Part shown: positions 27,755 through 36,908 of the stretch, one piece after another | Position numbering within the stretch: position 1 is the first letter of the stretch | Layout: each line of letters starts with the position of its first letter | Origin: Candidatus Dojkabacteria bacterium | GTDB taxonomy: Bacteria; Patescibacteriota; Dojkabacteria; SC72 | Assembly: GCA_040767225.1 (NCBI GenBank) | Contig: JAXGOY010000002.1 | Span: 17,410 to 81,409, forward strand | Reading direction: 5' to 3' | Length of the DNA stretch: 64,000 bases | Notes under the pieces: generated by a model | Databases searched by the model: none | Seen by the model: only the letters and a program-made list of their open reading frames with translations | Told to the model about the DNA's origin: nothing | Program-made: the position numbers and the translations under genes

Positions 27755-28684
27755 TTATCTGTTGACTTTCTTTTTCCCTGCTTTTGATATATTCCATTTT
27801 TCTTCTCTTAAAACCATATATGCTTCTTCTACCTTTTCTTTTGTCATTCTAAGTAAGTAGTTCTTTCTTTCAAGCTCTCTTTGAACCTCCTCCTCCCTCT
27901 TATACATTTCATATATGCTTTGCAAGAAACCTATCAATAAGACCACATAACTAATCAATTTAGATAATGTTGAAAGGTTAAGCATCAGCTCATATTCAAG
28001 ATTTAGATATGGTAGAAAAAATATTTGAGACAAAATTGAAAAAACAAGAGAAAATAGTATCCAAAAATCAAAATTTCTATAATACAATCCTTCATCTCTT
28101 GTGTACCCTATCAATGTAATTAGGTATATAAACAGGGAAATAGTCTGCATAGATATTGCAAACGTATATGACTCAAAACCCTCAAAGAGTTTTGTAAATG
28201 ATACAACCATAATAATGAAAGTTGAGACAATGACAAGAAAACCTGTCAAAGCAACTCTGTCTTTTCCACCTTGCTCTCTCTTTTCAGATTGTGTAAATAT
28301 CCAACTTAAGAAGAACACAAGAGCAAGAAAAAACCTTGACAGAACCATACTGCTTGGAAACATTTGAAAAGGGTTAGACGCTATTAAATCTGAAAACATA
28401 TTCATAGAAGCAAGTATATGAAAGCCATCAAGAAGTGCAACAGAAAGGAATCCTAATCCAAGCAAAAGAAAGTTTATACTGCTCTTTTTTGTATAATATC
28501 TTAAAATTGAAAGATTACCAATAAACAAAGCAAAAATACAAGCAAAAAGGTCAATTAGCAGATAAAAGTCCTTCATCCAAGGAAAGTTCCCAGAGAGATA
28601 TGCAAACACAAGAAAAAGAAACATTACAAAAAGTATTATAGTTTCTTTATTCCTTACCTGCTGTTTTGTATATATTTTATCCAT
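27755..28684 (-). CDS. Polytopic membrane protein with charged C-terminal coiled tail (hypothetical)
   Basis: 309 aa. About 8 hydrophobic segments, then EEVQRELERKNYLLRMTKEKVEEAY. Confidence 0.35.
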   Translation of the reverse strand: MDKIYTKQQVRNKETIILFVMFLFLVFAYLSGNFPWMKDFYLLIDLFACIFALFIGNLSILRYYTKKSSINFLLLGLGFLSVALLDGFHILASMNMFSDLIASNPFQMFPSSMVLSRFFLALVFFLSWIFTQSEKREQGGKDRVALTGFLVIVSTFIIMVVSFTKLFEGFESYTFAISMQTISLFIYLITLIGYTRDEGLYYRNFDFWILFSLVFSILSQIFFLPYLNLEYELMLNLSTLSKLISYVVLLIGFLQSIYEMYKREEEVQRELERKNYLLRMTKEKVEEAYMVLREEKWNISKAGKKKVNR

Positions 28685-28703
28685 AAACTATATATTATAT
28701 ATA

Positions 28704-29264
28704 TTAATACATATACTTAGAAAAAGAAATTTTTTCATTTCTTTCTGCATGGGGAGCACATACAACAACATTTCCTTTTCCATCTTGAGATATAAAGTAG
28801 CCTGTACCATTTGCAGATATGTATAAAGGGTCTGTTGGCATAATCACAAGCTGATCACTACTCTCTTCGGTCAAAAAACTCATATCTACCAAGTCTATAC
28901 AATTATATGGCCCCGTTTTGCATATTTCATGGGTAAAATAAACACATTTATCAGAGATTGGTATTTCCTCAGGAATATCTCTATTGGTTCTTGTATATGC
29001 ACTTACATAGGTTAGTATAGTAGAGATATCTGCAGACCTCTTCAAATTTCTTGCTTCAGCAGCCTCTTTACTAGGATTAATTGCTAACAAAGCTAAAAAC
29101 ACAACAACACCAACAGCAGATAAGACAAAGAGTATCTCTGTTACTTTAAACTTCTCGTTAACCTTTTTAGGTTTTTCCTCTTTTTTGGTATAAAGTTTAT
29201 AGTATTTCCAATCAGTTGAGAATCTTCCATACATACATAATACAAAAAATATGATTTTTTGCAT
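28704..29264 (-). CDS. Possible type IV pilin/pseudopilin-like protein. Annotated start probably too far upstream.
   Basis: Segment KFKVTEILFVLSAVGVVVFLALLAINPSKEAAEARNLKRSADISTILTYVSAY resembles a class-III signal with Glu at +5, a hydrophobic helix and a pilin-like following region. There is no Gly at -1. Confidence 0.35.
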   Translation of the reverse strand: MQKIIFFVLCMYGRFSTDWKYYKLYTKKEEKPKKVNEKFKVTEILFVLSAVGVVVFLALLAINPSKEAAEARNLKRSADISTILTYVSAYTRTNRDIPEEIPISDKCVYFTHEICKTGPYNCIDLVDMSFLTEESSDQLVIMPTDPLYISANGTGYFISQDGKGNVVVCAPHAERNEKISFSKYMY

Positions 29265-29387
29265 ATTGTATAGTGCAGTACCTATAGAGTGATAACTGTT
29301 TTTCTATAGTAATTTAATGTTTAAAAAGGTTGTTAAATCAACACTTTTAAAGTTATCCACAATTCAAAACTCTATGTGAAAAATAAA

Positions 29388-29478
29388 CGGAGAGGGTGGG
29401 ATTCGAACCTAATGATTCAGGAAAACCCCGAATAACACATTTCGAGTGTGTCCTATTCAACCACTCTAGCACCTCTCC
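29388..29478 (-). tRNA. tRNA-Ser (anticodon CGA), class II. T-stem has two mismatches.
   Basis: GGAGAGG-TG-CTAG..TAG-G-ACACA-CTCGAAA-TGTGT-(long variable arm)-TTAGG-TTCGAAT-CCCAC-CCTCTCC-G. Acceptor, D and anticodon arms are clean. T-stem has A51.C63 and U49.C65 mismatches. Confidence 0.65.
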
Positions 29479-29619
29479 CTGCATTGAAATTATACAACAA
29501 TATGTGTTAAACCTTATCAAAAGGTATGTAATCCCCAAAAGTAAGCCTATCTAACTTACTCTGCTTTCTAATATCTTTATACAAACACCTTCTCCTGAAG
29601 CAGAACAAAGATGGTATCT

Positions 29620-30198
29620 TTATCGCTCTCTATTAAAAAGCATAATTAAAGCCTTAGGATATCTAAGCTTAGTCTCAACAATTAACATATACTGATCTCC
29701 TTTTTTTGAAAACCAAAAACTATTAAGCATAAACCACTCATATAGTTTATTCCCTGTATCTATTCCCCTACTCGTTATCTTATGTTTAACAGTAACAGGG
29801 TTATTTGTTCCTGCTACATATATGAGAAAAACTAAAGCAACAACAGCAGCCATAAAGTAGTACTGACCTAAAATTGCAAGATAAAGAATAAAGACTAAAA
29901 CAAGAGCTAGAATGCCCCAGAAAGTCTTTGATTCAAAATTAAACTTATACCTATCAGGAGCCTCCCATTCAAACAGCTTAATATTCTGTACAACTTTTTT
30001 AGTAGGAATATCACTCTCTTCTAAGACAATTTCTTTTTGAGCAATCTTTTTCCTCTTCTCTGCCTTTTGTTTCTTCTTTGCCTCTTCTTTAAGCTTTGCG
30101 AGTTTTTCTTCTCTCTCCCTTAATTTCATTTCTCCAGAAAGAATCTCTTTTATGTCACTAAACTCATCTCCAATTGTTTCTTTAAAGCTTTTTGCCAT
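29620..30198 (-). CDS. Hypothetical membrane protein with Lys/Glu-rich N-terminal coiled region
   Basis: 192 aa. KEEAKKKQKAEKRKK low-complexity stretch then two TM helices. Confidence 0.3.
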   Translation of the reverse strand: MAKSFKETIGDEFSDIKEILSGEMKLREREEKLAKLKEEAKKKQKAEKRKKIAQKEIVLEESDIPTKKVVQNIKLFEWEAPDRYKFNFESKTFWGILALVLVFILYLAILGQYYFMAAVVALVFLIYVAGTNNPVTVKHKITSRGIDTGNKLYEWFMLNSFWFSKKGDQYMLIVETKLRYPKALIMLFNRER

Positions 30199-30209
30199 CT
30201 CTGGTTATA

Positions 30210-30608
30210 TCATATAACAAAGAAAGAGAAGATAACAAGAAAAAGAATACCTAAACCCCAATATATATCTAGTATATGAAAAAAATTAAGAAGAATTACA
30301 AAAAATACTCCAATCGTAAGTATCAGCCCAAACTTAATACACCACAGCCTTAAAACCCCGCAATCTTGTCTCTTTAAAAGAAAGGTAAGAACAAAGTATG
30401 AAAGAAGTACTGATATACAGCAAAAAATTACAAAAGAAAGAAGAGCTACAGTTGATATATTTAACCAATTATATACTCCATTCTCGTTTATTGGCTTAAA
30501 ACTTGAGAGAGAAAATAAATATAACAAAATTGCAACAGACAGGATCAATAAAAATAAAGTAACAAAGATAAATTTAAGATTTTTTGAGCTATAAGTTTTT
30601 GAATCCAT
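30210..30608 (-). CDS. Small polytopic membrane protein (hypothetical)
   Basis: 132 aa with four hydrophobic helices. Confidence 0.3.
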   Translation of the reverse strand: MDSKTYSSKNLKFIFVTLFLLILSVAILLYLFSLSSFKPINENGVYNWLNISTVALLSFVIFCCISVLLSYFVLTFLLKRQDCGVLRLWCIKFGLILTIGVFFVILLNFFHILDIYWGLGILFLVIFSFFVI

Positions 30609-30658
30609 TAGCCTATGTAATATTCTCTGAAATTAAATTTTTAAATGTAAAAATAAAT

Positions 30659-31378
30659 ATGAATGTCTTAATTATAGAGAAATCTAAGACAATTTCACAT
30701 ATCATAAAAAGTACCCTTCTGGCATATGGTTATAATATCACAACAGATAATGAGGATTTTAATAGTGAAAACCTTTTAAGTAGAGGATTGTTTGAAATTG
30801 TAATACTAAATACAAATATAAATGGAAAGCATAGTACATTAGATATTTTAAAAAAGATTAAGGATGTAAAAGATAATAAATGCAAGATTCTTGGTATATG
30901 TAGTACAGGGACGTGGAAGGACAAAGTTGCATTTTTAAATAATGGAGGAGATGATGTACTCTCCTACCCTTTCCCTATGCAAGAGCTTCTTGCAAGAGTT
31001 CAATCTTTACTTAGAAGACCTCAAAGCTATATAGACAACAAATTGTATATTGGAGATGTTTTACTTGATACTACAAATAAAGTAGTTACTGCTAAAAATA
31101 GTGATGTACAGCTTAGAAAGAAAGAATACCAATTACTAGAGTATCTTGTTAGAAACAAAAATAGAACAGTAAGTAGATGTGAACTCTTAGACCATGTATG
31201 GGATTACAGAAGCTATACTGGCTCTAATACAATTGATGTACATGTAAAGAGATTAAGAGATAAACTTCCTGTAAAGGGACTAATCGAAACTGTACATGGA
31301 CAAGGTTACAGAATCAAAGAATTTAAAGCATCATCGGCATCACAAGATGAACAAAATCAGGATCATCTACAATCTTAA
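30659..31378 (+). CDS. OmpR-family winged-helix response regulator with degenerate (aspartate-less) receiver domain
   Basis: Track ORF starts at TTG 30584, but an in-frame ATG at 30659 (MNVLIIEKS) fits better. C-terminal trans_reg_C wing ...VHVKRLRDKL...GYRI... The receiver lacks the acidic pocket (EK instead of DD) and has Asn at the phospho-acceptor position (ILNTNING). Confidence 0.7.
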   Translation: MNVLIIEKSKTISHIIKSTLLAYGYNITTDNEDFNSENLLSRGLFEIVILNTNINGKHSTLDILKKIKDVKDNKCKILGICSTGTWKDKVAFLNNGGDDVLSYPFPMQELLARVQSLLRRPQSYIDNKLYIGDVLLDTTNKVVTAKNSDVQLRKKEYQLLEYLVRNKNRTVSRCELLDHVWDYRSYTGSNTIDVHVKRLRDKLPVKGLIETVHGQGYRIKEFKASSASQDEQNQDHLQS

Positions 31379-32444
31379 ATACACCTGGTTTAATAGTTTC
31401 AGAGCACTCAAATATAATATCTTCAGAATCTATATGACTTAGAATATCAGCTAAAAGTCTTGAACTAAATGCTATTCTTAAAGCATCTCCTTCAATCTTT
31501 CCTTCAAATACACTCTTGTTGCTTCCTAAATCTGTTTGAGTTGCAGACATAGTAATCTTTCCTGTTTTAGGATCTATATCTAATATTATTTTATTCCCTA
31601 AAACACTCTTTGCAATAATATTTGTAACTTTAAGAGAGTTTAAGAAATCAGTTTTTGATACCTTACATAAAGTCTTGTATCCAGTAGGAATTATCTGCCT
31701 ATACTCAGGAAACTGACCATCAATGAGTCTAGAAACAAGGTCAACATCTCCATATCTAAACAAAACTTGATTCCTGTCTTCTATAAAGTACATCTCAATA
31801 TCATCATCTTCATCTATTTCACTTACAATATGTGAAAGCTCGAAAAGTGCTTTAACAGGAACAAGGATATTTATTTCCTTTGCAGCACTTGATTCCAGTT
31901 TAATAATCTGTCTTGAAAGCCTTAGTCCATCTGTACCAACAAAAGAAATGTTCTCACCAGAGATTTCTAACAAAACCCCAGTAAGTACTGGTTTAATATC
32001 ATCGGTAGCACAAGCAAATGCAACCCTGTTAACAGCCTTAATCAAATCATCTTTTTGTATTTTAAGAATAGGCTTTTCATCTGTAACAGTTGTAACAGAT
32101 GGAAACTCATCTGCAGCAATAGTATTAAAACTTGCAGAGTTATTAGTAGTAGAGATATTAAAAGTTTGATTATCCAAATTAGCCTCTATAGTATCAGCTG
32201 GTATAGATGTAACAAACTCTGTTAACTGCCTTGCTGGAACTGTAATCTTACCTTCTGATTTAACATCAGCACCTATCCATGTGTTAATACCTATCTCTAA
32301 ATCAGTTGCAGTCATAATTAACTTCCCTTTACTTGCTTCAAACTGAACATTGTTTAGTATTGGAAGCCCTGGTTTAGTGCTGACTACTCTACTTATTATA
32401 TTTAAGTATTTTGCTAATGTGTCTTGATTACATGAGAATTGCAT
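31323..32444 (-). CDS. dnaN: DNA polymerase III beta sliding clamp
   Basis: 373 aa. N-terminus MQFSCNQDTLAKYLNIISRVVSTKPGLPILNNVQFEA typical of DnaN. Located directly downstream of dnaA. Confidence 0.9.
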   Translation of the reverse strand: MQFSCNQDTLAKYLNIISRVVSTKPGLPILNNVQFEASKGKLIMTATDLEIGINTWIGADVKSEGKITVPARQLTEFVTSIPADTIEANLDNQTFNISTTNNSASFNTIAADEFPSVTTVTDEKPILKIQKDDLIKAVNRVAFACATDDIKPVLTGVLLEISGENISFVGTDGLRLSRQIIKLESSAAKEINILVPVKALFELSHIVSEIDEDDDIEMYFIEDRNQVLFRYGDVDLVSRLIDGQFPEYRQIIPTGYKTLCKVSKTDFLNSLKVTNIIAKSVLGNKIILDIDPKTGKITMSATQTDLGSNKSVFEGKIEGDALRIAFSSRLLADILSHIDSEDIIFECSETIKPGVFKIVDDPDFVHLVMPMML

Positions 32445-32862
32445 TGTTCTTTTTATTTATTTTATATATGGCAGTTTTACTTCTATATTCTACTCGATAT
32501 TTTTTCTCTTTTCTACTGTTTTAATAAATATATATAAATAGTAGTAATAGTAGTAGAGAGTATGGATATGTGTAAAATTTAATAAAAATATTAAGTTTAA
32601 AAGATTCTTTACTTGATTTCCTGTGTTGATAATTCTGTGTATTTAATTAATATAAAAGTAATTAAATAGTGTTGTAAGATAATTAAAATTTAAAGAGTTT
32701 CCCAATGTGGAATATTCTTAAAAATTTGTGAATTTCTGTTGATATGTTTTATTAGGTAATTCCTGTATATCTAGCCCCTGTTTCTTATTTCAATACTTTC
32801 TATCCACAAAACCACCCAGATTATCCTATACTTTTCTTTAATAATCCACATAGTTATTCACA
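32445..32862. promoter_or_regulatory. dnaA-dnaN intergenic region: AT-rich tract plus DnaA-box-like 9-mers (candidate oriC/DUE)
   Basis: ctatccaca at 32800-32808, ttatcctat at 32821-32829, taatccaca at 32842-32850 (consensus TTATCCACA). Strongly AT-rich tract around 32470-32720. Confidence 0.5.
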
Positions 32863-34335
32863 TTATACAAACAGCTGAGTTCTGCACTCTTCTACTCTCT
32901 CTGCAAAGGCACTATCTTTTTGTATTTTCTTCTCTATTGTCTCACACCCATAAATAACAGTTGTATGATCTTTTCTTCCAACTGCATTTGCAATTGTACA
33001 TAGTGGAAGTTCAAGCTGGGTTCTTAGTAAATACATTACAACCTGTCTTGCTTGTGCAATATCACTAGTCCTTTTTTGACCTTTTATCATATTTACAGGA
33101 ATATCAAAAACTTCAGAGACAACATTTATTACTTTTTCAGGAGTGACCCTTTTTCTTTTACTCTCAATATCTATTTGTAAAAACCTAGCCACATCATCAT
33201 ATGAAGGTTCCATTCCGAGTCTAACCAATGTTATTACCTTATTTAGAGCACCTTCAAGTTCTCTTACACTGTTTTCTATATTTTTTGCAATTAAAACAAG
33301 AATATCTTTAGATATTGGAACACGTTTTTCCATAGCAATTAATTGTAGTATTGCTAATCTTGTCTCATACTCTGGAGGTTGTATATCACATACCATACCA
33401 CCCTCAAATCTAGTTCTTAACCTATCTGTAATATTTTTAATATCTTTAGGAGCTCTATCTGAAGCTAGCACTATTTGCTTGTTAGCTTGATACAGGGCAT
33501 TAAATGTATGGAATAGCTCCTCTTGTGTTTTAGGGTATGTCTCAACAAACTGTATGTCATCAATTATTAAAAGATCTACTTGTCTATATTTATTCCTAAA
33601 CTCTTCATTTTTCTTTGTTCTTATAGTCTCTATCATTTCATTAAGGAACTGTTCAATAGGGATATATACAACCTTTTTAGAAGGATTATCCTTTAAAACC
33701 TCATTTCCAATAGCCTGCATTAAATGAGTCTTTCCTACTCCAGATCTTCCATAGTAAAAAACAGGATTGTATGTCTTAGCACCACCTCCTTTCTCAATAT
33801 CAGAAACAACAGACTGTGCAACTGCCTCTGCAAGTCTATTGCTTGCACCTACAACAAAATTATTAAATGTATATCTAGGGTTTAAGTTTGCATTTATTGA
33901 TGCCTCAACATACTTCTTCTGCTTGCTCTCCATATCACTAAACAAATCAACAGGCTGAGTGGTATCCTTTTTTACAAACTTATACCTCTCTTTCTCCTTT
34001 TGAGTGTTATCTGCTTTTACAATAATCTCTATCTGGAAATTTTGACCTGTCGCCTTTGTTAAACAACTTTGTAAAAACTTACTGTAGTCTCTCAGTATCG
34101 TTTGTCTCTTAAATTCATTGCTACAGGAGATAACTGCAACACCATTTTGAATATTCTCTAAATATGTTCCATCAAACCATGAATCATACTCTACCCTATC
34201 AAGAACCATCTTTAAGTTTTCAGTAACTATCTTCCAGACATCATCCGTATCTAGTTGAGAAGCTGTATCCTGCTCAGCTTGCATCTGTGGCTTTGGAATA
34301 TTTTCTAAATACTGTTCAAAGTCAATTTTATCCAT
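32863..34335 (-). CDS. dnaA: Chromosomal replication initiator DnaA
   Basis: 490 aa. AAA+ Walker A GRSGVGKTHLMQA, DnaA sensor motifs, C-terminal DNA-binding domain. Confidence 0.95.
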   Translation of the reverse strand: MDKIDFEQYLENIPKPQMQAEQDTASQLDTDDVWKIVTENLKMVLDRVEYDSWFDGTYLENIQNGVAVISCSNEFKRQTILRDYSKFLQSCLTKATGQNFQIEIIVKADNTQKEKERYKFVKKDTTQPVDLFSDMESKQKKYVEASINANLNPRYTFNNFVVGASNRLAEAVAQSVVSDIEKGGGAKTYNPVFYYGRSGVGKTHLMQAIGNEVLKDNPSKKVVYIPIEQFLNEMIETIRTKKNEEFRNKYRQVDLLIIDDIQFVETYPKTQEELFHTFNALYQANKQIVLASDRAPKDIKNITDRLRTRFEGGMVCDIQPPEYETRLAILQLIAMEKRVPISKDILVLIAKNIENSVRELEGALNKVITLVRLGMEPSYDDVARFLQIDIESKRKRVTPEKVINVVSEVFDIPVNMIKGQKRTSDIAQARQVVMYLLRTQLELPLCTIANAVGRKDHTTVIYGCETIEKKIQKDSAFAERVEECRTQLFV

Positions 34336-34617
34336 ACTCTTTAAGTATTTATGATTTAATTAATTTCAGTATGAGGGCAGTCTATGGTCGATTGGGACTA
34401 ACTTTCATATTATATTGTTTTCCACAGAAATGTGGATATCTTTATAGCACTATTTAAAAAATTATTACTTTACAACAACTTTTTGTATGTTAAAGAATGT
34501 CTATCAGAAATATACATAGAGGAAGTTTTCTTCTTAGCATCAAAAAATTATAATATATTTGCTATATTCCCAAAAGGTAGGATATAATAGGCGTGCTTAA
34601 TAATTACATATATAAAT
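34336..34617. promoter_or_regulatory. Divergent rpmH/dnaA promoter region with an inverted pair of DnaA-box-like motifs
   Basis: ttttccaca at 34418-34426 and tgtggatat at 34431-34439 (reverse complement atatccaca) form a near-palindrome separated by gaaa. Confidence 0.5.
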
Positions 34618-34800
34618 ATGAAAAGGACATATCAGCCTAAAAAGTTAAAAAGAATTAGAAAGTTTGGATTCCGTGCAAGAAATAAAGATGTAGGTGGAAA
34701 GAAAGTTTTAAAAAGAAGAATTGCAAAAGGAAGAAAAACTCTTACAGTTACAGATGAGTACAAATTAAAAAGAAAAAAGCCTTTATCAAAGGCAAGATAG
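34618..34800 (+). CDS. rpmH: 50S ribosomal protein L34 (C-terminally extended)
   Basis: [23 protein letters not shown]...KGRKTLTV matches the L34 core. Followed directly by rnpA. Confidence 0.85.
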   Translation: MKRTYQPKKLKRIRKFGFRARNKDVGGKKVLKRRIAKGRKTLTVTDEYKLKRKKPLSKAR

Positions 34801-34813
34801 TGTATACTAAATA

Positions 34814-35149
34814 ATGCTTCCAAAAGAAAACAGATTAAGTAAAAAAGAATTCCAGAAACTTGATAAAAATGCTAGGAAATTTCGTGGTGAATATGGAATG
34901 ATTGTTCTTGAAAAGTACGAAGGGGAAAGCTCTAAGTTTGGCTTTATTGTAAGCAAAAAGATAGGCAATGCTGTACAAAGACATAAAATGACAAGAATAC
35001 TTAGAGATATAGCAAGAAAGCATTTAAGAAGTACACCTAATATTAAGGGAGTATATATAGCATATAAATATTGTGATGATTATGAAAAACTTGAAAAAGA
35101 TTTTACTAAACATTTTAAAGATGCCATTAAATATATTAAAGAGAGCTGA
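34814..35149 (+). CDS. rnpA: RNase P protein component
   Basis: 111 aa. Basic RNR-like motif NAVQRHKMTRILRD. Conserved position after rpmH. Confidence 0.85.
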   Translation: MLPKENRLSKKEFQKLDKNARKFRGEYGMIVLEKYEGESSKFGFIVSKKIGNAVQRHKMTRILRDIARKHLRSTPNIKGVYIAYKYCDDYEKLEKDFTKHFKDAIKYIKES

Positions 35150-35381
35150 ACTGCTTGTTATTAAGGCATATCAAAAAACTCTTTCTTTAGATCATGGTGT
35201 GTTAGGGAAAATATATCCTAATTTTAGGTCATGTAAATATACTCCAACTTGTTCAGAGTATGGATATACTGCTGTAGAAAGGTTTGGTATATTTAAAGGC
35301 AACTATCTTGCTCTTAAGAGATTTTTAAGATGTAATCCATGGACACAGGCAGGGCAGTTTGATCCTGTTCCTGAAAAATAG
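35121..35381 (+). CDS. yidD: Membrane protein insertion efficiency factor YidD
   Basis: Cys-containing motif YPNFRSCKYTPTCSEYGYTAVERFG...GNYLALKRFLRCNPW typical of YidD. Start taken at the in-frame ATG 35121 rather than the track's 35073. Confidence 0.8.
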   Translation: MPLNILKRAELLVIKAYQKTLSLDHGVLGKIYPNFRSCKYTPTCSEYGYTAVERFGIFKGNYLALKRFLRCNPWTQAGQFDPVPEK

Positions 35382-35430
35382 ATTGGTATGGTGTATAATG
35401 CTTTAAATTTTAACATTTCTTTTTAATATT

Positions 35431-36297
35431 ATGTTTGCAACAATCTGGGAAACAGTATTTACTCACCCTTTTCTTAACTTAATGATTCTTTTTTATCACT
35501 TCTTTGGTGATAACCTAGGTCTTGCCATTTTAGGTATTGCAGTTATAGCGAGGCTTTTAATGATTCCATTGGTTAAGAAACAGACAAAGATGACTAAACA
35601 GATGGCAATGCTTAAGCCTGAACTTGATAAGCTACAGAAGAAGTATGGAAATGATAAAGAGAAATTAGCACAAGAGCAAGTTAAGCTTTATAAAAGGATA
35701 GGATATAATCCGCTTGGGTGCCTTGGTACTTTTGTTCCTCAGATAATAATTCTTTCTGTTTTGATTGGTGTTATACAAAGTGTTACAAATAGTAGTCTTG
35801 AAGGTCTTTATCCATGGGTTGTAGATATAACTGGGATAACAAGAGAGGCAAGTATTAATACACAATTTTTATTCTGGGATATGACTAAATCATTTAATAA
35901 TGTTTCAAAAGAGTTTGGTAGACTTTCTTCTCAAGCTCTTCCATATATTCTTCTTTCTTTAATGGTTGGTGTTACTCAGTATTTCACTACTTTGTTTACT
36001 CAAAAGATGCAAGAGGTTGGTAAGCCAAAGAAGAAAAAAGTAGAGAAGAAGAAAGAGAAAACACAAGAAGAAACAGTTGCTGCTATGCAGGAATCTATGC
36101 AGAAATCTACTATGTTAATGTTTCCTTTAATGACAGTTATATTTACAATTAGTATGCCTGCTGCACTTGGGTGGTACTGGTTACTTCAATCCTTGCTTTT
36201 AATTATTCAGTATATGTTATTAGATTTTGATAAAACAAAGAAAGGGGCTCAAAACCTTTTAGATGTATTTAAGAAAGATAAATTTAAAAAACAATAA
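35431..36297 (+). CDS. yidC: Membrane protein insertase YidC/Oxa1 family (short form)
   Basis: 288 aa. Multi-TM with conserved LMIPLVKKQTKMTKQMAMLKPELDKLQKKYG...LYKRIGYNPL segment. Confidence 0.85.
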   Translation: MFATIWETVFTHPFLNLMILFYHFFGDNLGLAILGIAVIARLLMIPLVKKQTKMTKQMAMLKPELDKLQKKYGNDKEKLAQEQVKLYKRIGYNPLGCLGTFVPQIIILSVLIGVIQSVTNSSLEGLYPWVVDITGITREASINTQFLFWDMTKSFNNVSKEFGRLSSQALPYILLSLMVGVTQYFTTLFTQKMQEVGKPKKKKVEKKKEKTQEETVAAMQESMQKSTMLMFPLMTVIFTISMPAALGWYWLLQSLLLIIQYMLLDFDKTKKGAQNLLDVFKKDKFKKQ

Positions 36298-36300
36298 TAT

Positions 36301-36825
36301 ATGGAAGATATAATAAAGAAAGAGCTTGATACTCTACTCTCTTTAATGGGTATAGAGGCACAGTATGATTTAAATGTAGAAGAGAGTAATGGTGTTAAGT
36401 ATATAAAGATTTCTTTTAATGGAGAAAACTTAGGTTATCTTATAGGTAATCATGGTAAGCATTTAGAATCTCTTCAGTATGTTTTTAGTTTAATCCTAAG
36501 AAAGAAGTTTGAAGAAGGAGTGGAGTATAGAGTATTAATGGATGTAGGGGGGTATAAAGAGGAAAGGAATAAAAAGATAGAGAGAATGGCATTACAAAAA
36601 GCAGATGATGCAAGAATATTGGGAGAGCCAATAGAGCTTGAACCTATGAGTCCTTCAGATAGAAGAGTAGTACATATGGCATTACAGGTATTTGATGATA
36701 TTAAGACAGAGAGTGTAGGAGAGGGTAATGATAGAAGAGTAAAAATTATTCCTATTAGTGATAAAGAGATATTAAAAGGATCTAATGATACAGATTCTGA
36801 TGATAAGGAAGAAAGCGAAGAGTAA
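36301..36825 (+). CDS. Jag/KhpB-family RNA-binding protein (KH + R3H)
   Basis: 174 aa. GYLIGNHGKHLESLQYV (KH-like) and PMSPSDRRVVHMAL (R3H). Conserved position after yidC. Confidence 0.8.
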   Translation: MEDIIKKELDTLLSLMGIEAQYDLNVEESNGVKYIKISFNGENLGYLIGNHGKHLESLQYVFSLILRKKFEEGVEYRVLMDVGGYKEERNKKIERMALQKADDARILGEPIELEPMSPSDRRVVHMALQVFDDIKTESVGEGNDRRVKIIPISDKEILKGSNDTDSDDKEESEE

Positions 36826-36908
36826 GGTTTGTTAAACAAATTTACAGTAGTTAATAATAAAACTAATTTTCCTCCTTTGACGGCAGATTTATTTTTTTAT
36901 TTACCGAA

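Noticed and set aside
28704-29264. Confident call of a type IV pilin
   Set aside because: Kept only as a low-confidence feature. The class-III signal lacks the Gly at -1, and the annotated N-terminal 35 residues are likely not translated. Needs HMM or structure support.
32445-32760. Short tandem-like motifs (tagtagtaatagtagtag, tatatata runs) in the dnaA-dnaN spacer considered as a possible CRISPR or minisatellite
   Set aside because: Repeat units are under 10 nt, irregular, with no spacer-repeat periodicity. More consistent with an AT-rich DNA unwinding element of the origin.
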